NCBI GenBank assembly: GCA_037138315.1
Contig: JBAXIP010000001.1
Span: forward strand, 1 to 58,109
Direction: 5' to 3'
DNA: 58,109 bases
From: Actinomycetes bacterium
Lineage (GTDB): Bacteria > Actinomycetota > Acidimicrobiia > Acidimicrobiales > Ilumatobacteraceae
The notes beneath the pieces were generated by a model. It saw nothing but the letters and a program-made list of their open reading frames with translations. It had not been told where the DNA came from and ran no database searches. Both the position numbers and the translations under genes were made by a program. Numbering within the stretch: position 1 is the stretch's first letter; each line of letters begins with the position of its first letter. Positions 1-8,409 of the stretch are shown here, piece after piece.

Positions 1-82
1 AAGCCCGTAGCGGTCGCTCAGGGCACCTATATGCGCCCCAAAAATTCGGCGTCCGCGTAAGGCCGTCACCTAGGATTAAGAA

Positions 83-463
83 ATGTCTACACCCGCAGGT
101 AAGCCCGTCATCACCGTTCCCGCAGGGGACCCGCCCACAACATTGGTTATCGACGACATCGTGACCGGCGATGGCAAAGAGGCAACTGCTGGTTGTCGAC
201 CCGTCATGCATTACGTCGGCGTCGCCTGGAGCACCGGACGCGAATTTGATGCTTCATGGGATCGCATGGAGACATTCAGTTTCAAGCTCGGCGCCAGTGA
301 GGTCATTGGCGGCTGGGATCAAGGCGTTGCTGGCATGAAGGTTGGCGGCCGTCGTCAGTTGACAATTCCGCCCGAACTTGGGTACGGCAGCCGCGGCGCT
401 GGCGGCGTCATCAAAGGCAACGAAACGTTGATCTTTGTCGTCGATCTCATCGACGTGCGCTAA
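83..463 (+). CDS. FKBP-type peptidyl-prolyl cis-trans isomerase
   Basis: 126-aa ORF with FKBP domain signatures (HYVGVAWSTGREFDASWDR, FKLGASEVIGGWDQGVAGMKVGGRRQLTIPPELGYG, LIFVVDLIDV). AGGA lies about 9 nt upstream of the ATG. Confidence 0.9.
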   Translation: MSTPAGKPVITVPAGDPPTTLVIDDIVTGDGKEATAGCRPVMHYVGVAWSTGREFDASWDRMETFSFKLGASEVIGGWDQGVAGMKVGGRRQLTIPPELGYGSRGAGGVIKGNETLIFVVDLIDVR

Positions 464-504
464 ACCAACAGCGTTGCCAGAACCCCAGTAGGAGCAGGCT
501 TTTC

Positions 505-542
505 TTGATCTGAAAACGAAGTGTTCTTCGTTTTCAGATCAA
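505..542. terminator. Perfect 17-bp stem / 4-nt loop hairpin between convergent genes (candidate bidirectional terminator)
   Basis: TTGATCTGAAAACGAAG-TGTT-CTTCGTTTTCAGATCAA read directly, between the FKBP gene (+) and the 571..954 gene (-). There is no flanking U-tract on either strand, so terminator function is inferred. Confidence 0.5.
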
Positions 543-570
543 AGTGTCATAACGGGTATTATGGGCAGAA

Positions 571-954
571 TTACTGATGCTGGTCCGAAGGCGACAAGGT
601 CCGATCCCGTAACGGCCGAGCTGCGTCCAAGATCCATTCCATGGCTTCTTTCAAACTTGTCACCGTCGGCTTGCCGGCTTTCATTTCTCGTTCGGTGTCA
701 TCGACCGCACATGCCAAGACATACAGATCGTCGTACAACGAATCAATCTCTTGTCTGGCGACAACCAATTCGTCTTCACTTAATTTCAATTCTCGAGCCC
801 GCTGGCGACCTACCCAATCCCATTGACGACAGGCCTGACTACAGAAAACCCTTTTTCGGCCGGCGCCTTTTTGCTCGGGCAATACTCGGCGACACCAACG
901 GCATCGCGGACCACTCTCGGCCCGCACCCGTACCCCTGTGGTTGATTTCGTCAT
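571..954 (-). CDS. Small zinc-ribbon (FCS-type) protein, function unknown
   Basis: 127-aa ORF. The N-terminus has C-x2-C ... FCSxxC (RCRWCRRVLPEQKGAGRKRVFCSQACRQW), followed by a helical acidic C-terminal half. Its ATG is the centre of the palindrome 945..962. Family not recognised beyond the zinc-finger motif. Confidence 0.6.
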   Translation of the reverse strand: MTKSTTGVRVRAESGPRCRWCRRVLPEQKGAGRKRVFCSQACRQWDWVGRQRARELKLSEDELVVARQEIDSLYDDLYVLACAVDDTEREMKAGKPTVTSLKEAMEWILDAARPLRDRTLSPSDQHQ

Positions 955-962
955 GACGAAAT
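945..962. repeat. 18-bp perfect palindrome ATTTCGTCATGACGAAAT (copy 1)
   Basis: Read directly. The central CATG supplies the minus-strand start codon of the 571..954 CDS. Confidence 0.9.
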
Positions 963-1031
963 ACTTTCATATGCGTCGATGATTTTGGGTGAATGAGTCG
1001 TATTTAAATCAGGAAGCGACAGACTCACAGC

Positions 1032-2096
1032 ATGAATACATCGTCGGGCATTCCGCCAGCACCCGAACGTCGCTTTGCGAGTGACAACAACGCAGCGGTT
1101 CATCCGCTGATTCTTGAATCTCTTGAACGTGCCAACCGCGGGCACGCAGTTGCCTACGGCGACGACCCATGGACTGCCCGCGCCGAAGAAGCATTCAACG
1201 AACTTTTCGGACAACAAGTGTCGACCCTGATGGTGTGGAATGGAACAGGAGCCAATGTGCTCGCATTGGCCACGCTCCTCTCCCCTGCGGGGGCAGTTGT
1301 ATGTAGCGATGCATCACATATCAACGTTGACGAAACGGGCGCACCAGAGCGAATCCTCGGAGCGAAGCTCATTGATGTTCCGACAACTCAAGGCAAAATC
1401 ACGCCCGATCAAGTGTTGAATTTGCAACATTTCATAGGTGTCGTTCATCATGTGCAACCGAGTGTCTTATCGATCACGCAAAGCACCGAATGGGGCACGA
1501 TGTACACACCCAACGAAATCGCCGCTCTTTGCGAAGCGGCGCATTCAATGGGAATGAAAGTTCATCTCGATGGTGCGCGTATTGCGAATGCGACTGCTGC
1601 TCTTGGCGGAACTCAACAGGCTTTGAAATCTTTCACGATTGACGCTGGTGTTGACGTCATTTCGTTCGGTGGTGCAAAGAACGGAATGATGTACGGCGAA
1701 GCAGTGATTTATCTCGATCCTGAATTGGCGCGAAGCGCTCCTTATGTCCGCAAGCAAGTCACTCAACTCCCGTCAAAAGTGCGCTACATCTCGGCCCAGT
1801 TTTCGGCACTACTCACCGATGATCTCTGGATCAAGAACGCCCGTCATGCCAACGAGATGGCGACCCACCTATACGAAAAGACCGTCGGTCTTTCGGGTGT
1901 ACAACTTGATGGGCCGCCCGAGGTCAACAGCATCTTCCCAGTTCTGCCAGCAGCCCACATTGAGGCTTTACGGGATTGGTCATTTTTCTATGATTGGGAC
2001 TCCCACCACCAGCAGGTGCGCTGGATGACCGCCTGGGATACCGAGTTCGCCGATATCGACCAATTCGTCGCAGGTATCCGCCACTTCGTCAATTGA
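1032..2096 (+). CDS. Low-specificity L-threonine aldolase family (PLP-dependent, beta-eliminating lyase fold)
   Basis: 354-aa ORF. FASDNNAAVHP...YGDDPW...VWNGTGANVLAL...HINVDETGAPE...FGGAKNGMMYGEAV (PLP-lysine region) matches the threonine aldolase family pattern. Confidence 0.8.
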   Translation: MNTSSGIPPAPERRFASDNNAAVHPLILESLERANRGHAVAYGDDPWTARAEEAFNELFGQQVSTLMVWNGTGANVLALATLLSPAGAVVCSDASHINVDETGAPERILGAKLIDVPTTQGKITPDQVLNLQHFIGVVHHVQPSVLSITQSTEWGTMYTPNEIAALCEAAHSMGMKVHLDGARIANATAALGGTQQALKSFTIDAGVDVISFGGAKNGMMYGEAVIYLDPELARSAPYVRKQVTQLPSKVRYISAQFSALLTDDLWIKNARHANEMATHLYEKTVGLSGVQLDGPPEVNSIFPVLPAAHIEALRDWSFFYDWDSHHQQVRWMTAWDTEFADIDQFVAGIRHFVN

Positions 2097-2120
2097 CCGG
2101 TTTTTACCTATGAATTCTTT

Positions 2121-2149
2121 TTGACTCAACGGTCAATTACATCTAGAGT
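2121..2149 (+). promoter_or_regulatory. Candidate housekeeping-sigma promoter upstream of whiB-like gene
   Basis: TTGACT (2121..2126), a 17-nt spacer, then TAGAGT (2144..2149, TAnnnT), about 90 nt upstream of the proposed GTG start. Identified by sequence pattern only. Confidence 0.4.
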
Positions 2150-2240
2150 CATCTTGTTGTTGTTGGCGGTGTGTTGCCGGCGACATGGGGAATTCCATAA
2201 AAGTTTGAGAATTTGCAAGTTTTCACCACCAGGGGGTCGT

Positions 2241-2543
2241 GTGGCAGCTGTAGAAATCATCATTACCCGTCAGCAGACGGACGACGCATGGATGGATACT
2301 GGAGCGTGCCGAGGCATGACCCATCTCTTCTTTCCCACCACCGCCGAAAGGCCTCAGGCTCGCGAACGTCGCGAGGCTTTGGCTCGCAATGTTTGTTCGG
2401 GTTGCAACGTCCAAGACGTTTGTCGCGACTTTGGTCGCGACAACCACGAGTACGGCTTATGGGGCGGCGAAAGCGAAGACGAACGCCATGAGGCCGGATT
2501 CCGCCTCATTGCGCCCATTGGCATTCGTGCCAACGCCAGCTGA
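2241..2543 (+). CDS. whiB: WhiB-family Fe-S transcriptional regulator
   Basis: Four-Cys pattern (TGACRG ... VCSGCNVQDVC) and the GLWGG turn. I chose GTG 2241 because AGGGGG lies 5 nt upstream. ATG 2292 is an alternative start. The track ORF start 2121 overlaps the promoter-like region and is unlikely. Confidence 0.8.
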   Translation: MAAVEIIITRQQTDDAWMDTGACRGMTHLFFPTTAERPQARERREALARNVCSGCNVQDVCRDFGRDNHEYGLWGGESEDERHEAGFRLIAPIGIRANAS

Positions 2544-2597
2544 ACCCGCTTGACACACTGCGCCGCGCGGTCTTGCCTCAGGTGAGACAATAAATCC

Positions 2598-3656
2598 ATG
2601 AGCCATCTTGGGTATCGCCAAGCCCTTGATGCGGCGTGGTCAGATTTCGGAGACGCTCGTTCGATCATCGGTATTGATGACACCAGCCCCAATGTTTCAA
2701 CCAATTCGGTTTTTCGACTTCATCTAAACGACGGAACCCGAGTCTTCGCCAAAGTTTCCAATTACGGGTCTTATTTTCTTTTTGCCGAAGACCACGATCG
2801 TTTGTTTCGTTGTACCCAATTAATTCAGGGAACTCGCTTTGATCATTTTCTGGCTCCTGTTTTAGAGAAAGCTAACCGGCCGTTCACTTACTACGACGGG
2901 AATTTGTGGGTGGCCTTTTACGGCGAAGCAAACAAGCGCGACATGCTTCCGCCACAACTCAATCGAGAACAGTCCACTTGCTTGGCCCGAGAAATTGCCC
3001 AATTTCATCTTGTCTGCGATTCAATCGCCACCGATATTCCGGCGACATCTAACAGCATAAAATCTGATGCCATCCATCTACTGGATTTACTATCTAGTCC
3101 TTTCGCTCCGAAGAATTTTTCTCTACCTCCCGAACACATCGGCGTCTTACACAAGCACACTCACGACTTTTTGATCGAACTTGAGAACATCCGTTACGAC
3201 TCTTGGAAGCGCATTCCCATTTTGGTTGATTGGAATTTGGAAAATTTCTCGGTTGATAATCACGATTCATCAGCACAACCGTTCACATTATTTTCACGTT
3301 GGGACTATGACTGGTTCCGCGTTGAGTCGCGCCTCCTCGACTTTTATTTTTTATCTCGCGTTTCGTCATCGACAGGTGATCAGACCCAGTGGTCCTACTC
3401 CCCTCACACTTTGGTTGAACCAGAGTTCATTGAATTCATCCGCGCCTATCACGAGGTTTTCCCTCTGACCGAATCTGATATTCGATTCCTTCCCGAGGCT
3501 TACCGATTTTTCATCCTGAATTACGTCGTTCGCGAAGGCGCTCGATTCTTTCGTCCAGATCTGTGCACCAAATTCCGCAGCAATGCCGCCCGTTCATATT
3601 TGCCCGCGATCGACCGACTGGATCTGACTCCACTTCTGCGGGCCATTTCGTCATGA
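2598..3656 (+). CDS. Kinase-like phosphotransferase (APH/choline-kinase/CotS fold), substrate unknown
   Basis: 352-aa ORF with a beta3 Lys (RVFAKVS), a catalytic-loop-like ILVDWNLENFSV (D..N) and a DxD-like SRWDYDWF. Its stop TGA lies inside palindrome copy 2. Confidence 0.6.
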   Translation: MSHLGYRQALDAAWSDFGDARSIIGIDDTSPNVSTNSVFRLHLNDGTRVFAKVSNYGSYFLFAEDHDRLFRCTQLIQGTRFDHFLAPVLEKANRPFTYYDGNLWVAFYGEANKRDMLPPQLNREQSTCLAREIAQFHLVCDSIATDIPATSNSIKSDAIHLLDLLSSPFAPKNFSLPPEHIGVLHKHTHDFLIELENIRYDSWKRIPILVDWNLENFSVDNHDSSAQPFTLFSRWDYDWFRVESRLLDFYFLSRVSSSTGDQTQWSYSPHTLVEPEFIEFIRAYHEVFPLTESDIRFLPEAYRFFILNYVVREGARFFRPDLCTKFRSNAARSYLPAIDRLDLTPLLRAISS

Positions 3657-3666
3657 CGAAATGGCC
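3641..3666. repeat. 26-bp perfect palindrome GGCCATTTCGTCATGACGAAATGGCC (copy 2, contains the 18-mer)
   Basis: Read directly. It contains the stop codon of 2598..3656 and lies 65 nt upstream of the rbsK ATG. Confidence 0.9.
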
Positions 3667-3731
3667 TTCGTTCCTTTGCCGCGATCACTCGGCGCCGTGT
3701 TTGTCTCCATACGGCATGGTTCACTAGAGCC

Positions 3732-4619
3732 ATGCCCAACGGTTCGCACACATACGAAGTCGTCGTTCTCGGAAGCAGCAATCTCGACCTCGTCGCCACG
3801 GTCGAGCGCCTCCCCTCTCCTGGCGAAACAGTTCTCGGTACCAATTACGCCGAACACGCCGGCGGCAAGGGACTGAACCAAGCTGTCGCGTGCCGTCGGG
3901 CCGGAGCCGACGCCGCATTCATCACATGTCTCGGCGCCGACGCTGCTGGTGAAACCTTGCACCGCCTGATGACGTCCGAGGGAATTGCCGCGTATGTCAC
4001 CGACTACGCCGGTCCAACTGGTCGGGCACTGATTTCTGTCGATGAACAAGGCGAAAATTCAATTGTCGTGGTGCCTGGTGCAAATGCCGAACTGTCAATC
4101 AGCGTCGTTGACGCCCATCGCGATGTGATCAGCCGTGCCGGTGTTTTGCTCTGTCAATTAGAAGTTCCGATTGATGCAGTCGAGGCTGCCCTCGCGATCG
4201 CAAAAGTTGGTGGAGCGCGCACAATTCTCAACCCGGCTCCAGCAACGAAACTCAATCGCTCAGTACTGCAGCTCTGCGACGTGATCATGCCCAATCAACA
4301 TGAAGTTGCGTTACTTGGTGGAGCGACATCTCTTCTTGAAGCTGGTGTCTCAATCGTCGTCATAACGCTTGGTGCTCGCGGCATCAAGATCGTCACCAAA
4401 GACGGAGAATTACAAATTCCTCCTTTCGCAGTGCGGGCCATCGACACAACTGGTGCGGGTGACGCCGCCTGTGGCGCCTTAGCGACCGCGCTTGCCCACG
4501 GAGCCGACATCACAACAGCAGCACGCCGAGCATCTGCTGCGGGAGCGCTTGCGGCAACGAAGAAGGGGGCGGTCCCCTCATTGCCAACTCAGTACGACAT
4601 CGACGCTCTCGTCAATTAA
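3732..4619 (+). CDS. rbsK: Ribokinase (PfkB family)
   Basis: VVVLGSSNLDLV...GETVLG...GGKGLNQAVA N-terminal motif and the C-terminal DTTGAGDAACGALA PfkB signature. Confidence 0.85.
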   Translation: MPNGSHTYEVVVLGSSNLDLVATVERLPSPGETVLGTNYAEHAGGKGLNQAVACRRAGADAAFITCLGADAAGETLHRLMTSEGIAAYVTDYAGPTGRALISVDEQGENSIVVVPGANAELSISVVDAHRDVISRAGVLLCQLEVPIDAVEAALAIAKVGGARTILNPAPATKLNRSVLQLCDVIMPNQHEVALLGGATSLLEAGVSIVVITLGARGIKIVTKDGELQIPPFAVRAIDTTGAGDAACGALATALAHGADITTAARRASAAGALAATKKGAVPSLPTQYDIDALVN

Positions 4620-4626
4620 TTGAAAA

Positions 4627-5475
4627 TCATTGACTTCGAAAAGCCACAGCAGCCCAGACGCCGTATTCAATGCGATCACATTCTTGAAGTGGCAGGAGTG
4701 CTTGCGCCACATGTTCGTAATGCTCAGTTAGGACACCACTGATCACCAGCAGGCCATCAGGCTTGGTTAACCGTTTTAATTCGTCGCTTAGTTCAATCAA
4801 TGCTGGTGCCAAAATATTGGCAACCACTATGTCGGCCGGAAACCCAATGACCGCAACTGGTTCAGTTGTGACTGTCCATCGATCGTCAACATGATTGAGT
4901 CGAGCATTCTCTTGGGATACCGCGACGCACGAAGGATTGATATCCATTCCGATTGCTCGTACCGCCCCAAGTCGCAGGGCTCCAATTCCGAGAACACCAC
5001 TCCCACAGCCGACGTCAATGAGAACATCACCAGGCTTGACATACTTTTCGATCATCAGCAAACTGCTCATTGTCGTGGGGTGGTCGCCCATTCCAAAAGT
5101 GCTTGCGGGTTCAATCGGAATCACAATGGCCTGATCGGGATGCGCCAAAGACGACACTACTTCAGCAACTTCTTGATCGTCACACCACACGGGCGCAATC
5201 ACGATTCGCTCGCCGATCATTGTTGGTCGAGCAAATTCTCGCCATTTGTTTGACACAGCATCGTCTACCGTTGTCGTCGACCAATCCAATTCAACTGGCA
5301 ACGACCTCATGGCTTGCTCAACAACTTTGATGTCGTCACCGAGCGATGTTTGCAGTCGAACAATTCCGTCTGGGTCCCAATGTTCTTCGATGGCGACAAC
5401 ACCCAAAGACCACAAGAGGTCACTCACAAATTCAACCTCAATAGAAGTTGTGCGAACGATCATCGAAAGCGTCAT
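4627..5475 (-). CDS. prmA: Ribosomal protein L11 methyltransferase
   Basis: FGMGDHPTTMSSL (PrmA FGTGxHxTT motif) and the SAM-binding VLIDVGCGSGVLGIGA. The ATG lies in palindrome copy 3. Confidence 0.85.
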   Translation of the reverse strand: MTLSMIVRTTSIEVEFVSDLLWSLGVVAIEEHWDPDGIVRLQTSLGDDIKVVEQAMRSLPVELDWSTTTVDDAVSNKWREFARPTMIGERIVIAPVWCDDQEVAEVVSSLAHPDQAIVIPIEPASTFGMGDHPTTMSSLLMIEKYVKPGDVLIDVGCGSGVLGIGALRLGAVRAIGMDINPSCVAVSQENARLNHVDDRWTVTTEPVAVIGFPADIVVANILAPALIELSDELKRLTKPDGLLVISGVLTEHYEHVAQALLPLQECDRIEYGVWAAVAFRSQ

Positions 5476-5483
5476 GACGAAAT
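5466..5483. repeat. Palindrome copy 3 (AAAGCGTCATGACGAAAT, 15/18 match; 14-mer CGTCATGACGAAAT identical)
   Basis: Read directly. The central CATG is the prmA start. The copy sits in the 18-nt gap between the gamma-CA-like gene and prmA. Confidence 0.85.
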
Positions 5484-5493
5484 AGCTGAAGGA

Positions 5494-6012
5494 TCAATCA
5501 AGACGGCGAAGTTTTTCTTTGTACAACTTGGCGCGAGCAACATATGATGCGGCGCCCAATTGAATATCGGCAGCACGTGCCTTATCGAGTTTGATCACTG
5601 CTGGTGCGCCAACCGCCAACGCACCACTTGGTATTTCTAAACCATTCAAGACAACCGAGTTAGCCCCAACCACGGCACCCGATCGAACGATGACGCGATG
5701 CAACACAATTGCGCCGTTGCCAATCAAAGAACCATCTTCAATCGTGCAACCTTCAAGGTGCACGATGTGGCCGATCACGCAATCGTTACCCACAACTGTT
5801 GGAAAGACATGCGTGGTGTGCAGCACCGAACCATCTTGAATTGATGTACGTTCGCCGATAATGATGTCGCCGTCATCGCCGCGCAAAACCGCTCCCGGCC
5901 AGATCGAACTGTGTGCCCCAATCGAAACCGAACCGATAATGACGGCTTCGGGATGGACATAGGCATCGGGATGAATCGTTGGGGTGCGGTCCCCCAGGGC
6001 ATAAATCGGCAC
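5494..6012 (-). CDS. Gamma-carbonic-anhydrase-like hexapeptide-repeat protein (YrdA/PaaY family)
   Basis: 172 aa. MPIYALGDRTPTIHPDAYVHPEAVIIGSVSIG...IWPGAVLRGD...IGERTSIQDGSVLH matches the left-handed beta-helix pattern. GTG start. Confidence 0.8.
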   Translation of the reverse strand: MPIYALGDRTPTIHPDAYVHPEAVIIGSVSIGAHSSIWPGAVLRGDDGDIIIGERTSIQDGSVLHTTHVFPTVVGNDCVIGHIVHLEGCTIEDGSLIGNGAIVLHRVIVRSGAVVGANSVVLNGLEIPSGALAVGAPAVIKLDKARAADIQLGAASYVARAKLYKEKLRRLD

Positions 6013-6090
6013 TTGGTGAAATTACCAGCACTCCCCCAGTTCCTGCGGACATGAACGCACCGCTGGGCGATCCCGATAGGGTTGGCAACC

Positions 6091-7563
6091 ATGTCCCGCA
6101 GGATTGAAATCGAGTTAACAAGTTCACGCCCCGATGGGTCCTGGACCTGGCGCGCCGCAGGTGCCCGCGAACCTAAGGGAGTTCTTGAAGGAACTCTCTT
6201 ATCGCAGGGATCAAAGCCCGGAGATATTGTCAAAGCCGAAGCAGAATTCGACATTGATGGCATCACGATCGTCAGCATCACCCAAAGTCGCGTCAAAGTT
6301 GACAAAGTTGAAAAGATTGCTCTTGTCGGAAACGACAAGCCATTTGAAGCGGTGACCCAACAACTCGCCAAGAAAGATCGTGGCGATCGCGGTGACCGTG
6401 GCGATCGACGTGATCGTGGTGACCGACGAGATCGTCCCGCACGCGGTGACCGTCCAGCACGCGGTGACCGTCCAGCACGCGATGGCGCTGCTCGCGATAC
6501 TGATCGTCGTCCTCGCCGCGACAACGCTGGCACTGACGACAAGCCACGTGGTCCCCGTCGTCCCCATTTTGAAGCTCCGCCTGAATTGCCTCAGCGACCC
6601 AAAGCCAAGCGCTTAAAGGCTGGTTCGGCCAATCGCAAAGCTGTGCTGTCTGAACTTCCCGAAGATCAGCGACCCATTGCCGAACTGGCATTGCAGGGAA
6701 TGCAAACAGTTCGTCAGCGCCTCAAAGATGCCAACGCTGCTTTGGCTGCCGAAGGCAAGCCAACCATGCCCGAGCAAAGTGTTCTGCAGATGGCCGAAAA
6801 TCTTCTTCCCCGTTTGCGCGTTGCCGATTGGCTCGACCGTGCTGAAGCGGCGCGTAAAGATTTAGCCGAACTTGATCTACGCGACTTGCGGAGTGTTGTC
6901 GCCGCAGCCAATGATCCGGTCATTGAACGGGCCGAAAATTGTCGCGATCTCGTCGCCGAATTACGTACCGGACTCACGGCCCGTGCCGATCAGGAATACC
7001 AGAATTGGCTACAAGATATTGATGCTGCACTTGGTGTTGGACGAATTGTGCGAGCACTCAAGTTGGCTGGTCAGCCTCCGAAGGCCGGAGCGATCTTCCC
7101 CGATGAACTCGGACGTCGCCTTGCCCAAGCCACTTCGCAAAGCCTCGTGGCCGATGCCTTAGCCGATCGTTGGATTGCTGTCCTAGAGGCTGTGGCTTTT
7201 GCACCAATCCGTACCCAGGTCACGGTGACATCTCAGCCCGAGATAATCACCCCAGACTTGGCTAAGACGGTCGAACGTCTTGGTGGGTTGCTTCCTCAGA
7301 TTGCGGCCAGCCTCGGCATCACTGTTGCATCAACTAGTCATGCGCCCAAACCTCTGCGCGCGGTTCGACCGCCCGCTAAAAAGTTGCCGCCGAAGCCGCC
7401 GACTGCCCCCAAGGTCGCAGTCGTTACCGAAGCAGTTGCAGAAGTCGTTGCAGAAGCAGTGACCGAAGCTCCAGCCGAAGTAGCCGTTGAAGCAGCAGTT
7501 GAATCTGCGCCTGAAGTCGTTGAGACGCCAGTCGCCGAGGCTCTATCTACCGACGAGGGTTAG
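6091..7563 (+). CDS. Conserved-looking hypothetical protein with Arg/Asp (RGD/RPARGD) repeat tract and Ala/Val/Glu-rich tail
   Basis: Long ORF with protein-like composition. ATG 6091 is preferred over TTG 6082. It has a central low-complexity DRGDRGDRGDRRDRGDRRDRPARGDRPARGDRPARD tract and a C-terminal AEVVAEAVTEAPAEVAVEAAVE tail. No family recognised. Confidence 0.6.
   Translation: MSRRIEIELTSSRPDGSWTWRAAGAREPKGVLEGTLLSQGSKPGDIVKAEAEFDIDGITIVSITQSRVKVDKVEKIALVGNDKPFEAVTQQLAKKDRGDRGDRGDRRDRGDRRDRPARGDRPARGDRPARDGAARDTDRRPRRDNAGTDDKPRGPRRPHFEAPPELPQRPKAKRLKAGSANRKAVLSELPEDQRPIAELALQGMQTVRQRLKDANAALAAEGKPTMPEQSVLQMAENLLPRLRVADWLDRAEAARKDLAELDLRDLRSVVAAANDPVIERAENCRDLVAELRTGLTARADQEYQNWLQDIDAALGVGRIVRALKLAGQPPKAGAIFPDELGRRLAQATSQSLVADALADRWIAVLEAVAFAPIRTQVTVTSQPEIITPDLAKTVERLGGLLPQIAASLGITVASTSHAPKPLRAVRPPAKKLPPKPPTAPKVAVVTEAVAEVVAEAVTEAPAEVAVEAAVESAPEVVETPVAEALSTDEG
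6376..6486 (+). repeat. In-frame tandem repeats (about six 9-bp GAYCGNGGN units, then about three 18-bp CGTCCAGCACGCGGTGAC units)
   Basis: Read directly. The repeats encode (DRG)n and (RPARGD)3 inside CDS 6091..7563. Confidence 0.85.
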
Positions 7564-7597
7564 TTCAGGGCGGCATTGTGCCGCTACGGTCAAAGGT

Positions 7598-8398
7598 ATG
7601 AGCGACACAGCAAGACCCGACATCGTCACCTACAGCACCGAAGGCCGCGTTGGCATCATTACTCTCAATCGCCCCGACGCCCGCAACGCCATTAACGGCG
7701 ACGTGGCGCGTGGTGTTGAAGCCGCCATTGATCAATTAGAGGCCGACGACGAAGTGTGGGTCGGTATTTTGACCGCCAACACCGAAGGCCAAGAACGTCC
7801 AGTGTTTTGTGCCGGAGCAGACCTCAAGGCCATCAACGCTGGCCAAGCCGGAGATCTCAACACGAAGCGCGGCGGATTTGCCGGATTCGTGTATCGCGAA
7901 CGTCGCAAGCCGATCATTGTCGCCGTCGATGGACTCGCCACTGCCGGTGGTTGCGAAATTGTCTTGGCCGCCGACCTCGTGATTGCCACAACTCGTTCGT
8001 CATTCGGCTTAGCCGAAGTCAAGCGCAATCTCATTGCTGGTGCTGGTGGACTTTTCCGTCTTCCCCGAGCAATCGGACAAGCTGCCGCCATGGAAGCAAT
8101 CTTGACCGGCGATCCCATTCCTGCCGAACGCGCCTATCACCTTGGACTTGTCTCGCGTTTAGTTGCCCCTGGCGAAGCGATGAACGAAGCCCGCAAATTA
8201 GCTGCGCAGATTGCAACCAGCGCACCTCTCGCGGTGTATGCCAGCCGTCAAGTTGTCCTTGCTGCTGCGTATCAGACCGACGATGAACTCAAGAAACTCA
8301 CCAATTCTTTATTCGCTCAAGTAATGGCTTCATCTGACACCAAAGAGGGACTCACCGCATTCATTGAAAAGCGCACACCAAACTGGACCGGCAAGTAG
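7598..8398 (+). CDS. Enoyl-CoA hydratase/isomerase (crotonase) family
   Basis: GIITLNRPDARNAI, FCAGADLKA, AVDGLATAGGCEIVLAADL. I chose ATG 7598 (AAAGG upstream) rather than the track start 7487, which overlaps the previous gene. Confidence 0.85.
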   Translation: MSDTARPDIVTYSTEGRVGIITLNRPDARNAINGDVARGVEAAIDQLEADDEVWVGILTANTEGQERPVFCAGADLKAINAGQAGDLNTKRGGFAGFVYRERRKPIIVAVDGLATAGGCEIVLAADLVIATTRSSFGLAEVKRNLIAGAGGLFRLPRAIGQAAAMEAILTGDPIPAERAYHLGLVSRLVAPGEAMNEARKLAAQIATSAPLAVYASRQVVLAAAYQTDDELKKLTNSLFAQVMASSDTKEGLTAFIEKRTPNWTGK

Positions 8399-8409
8399 AC
8401 CGCTTGCTG

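Noticed and set aside
1-60. Open frame ending at TAA 58..60 (KPVAVAQGTYMRPKNSASA*), possibly the 3' end of an upstream gene
   Set aside because: Only 19 codons are visible and there is no motif, so a CDS call cannot be supported.
5775-6542. 255-aa minus-strand ORF rich in Arg/Ser/Pro, overlapping the gamma-CA-like gene and the repeat protein
   Set aside because: Its composition is low-complexity (SPRAGRSPRAGRS...), produced by reading the RGD-repeat DNA in antisense. It overlaps two better-supported CDSs.
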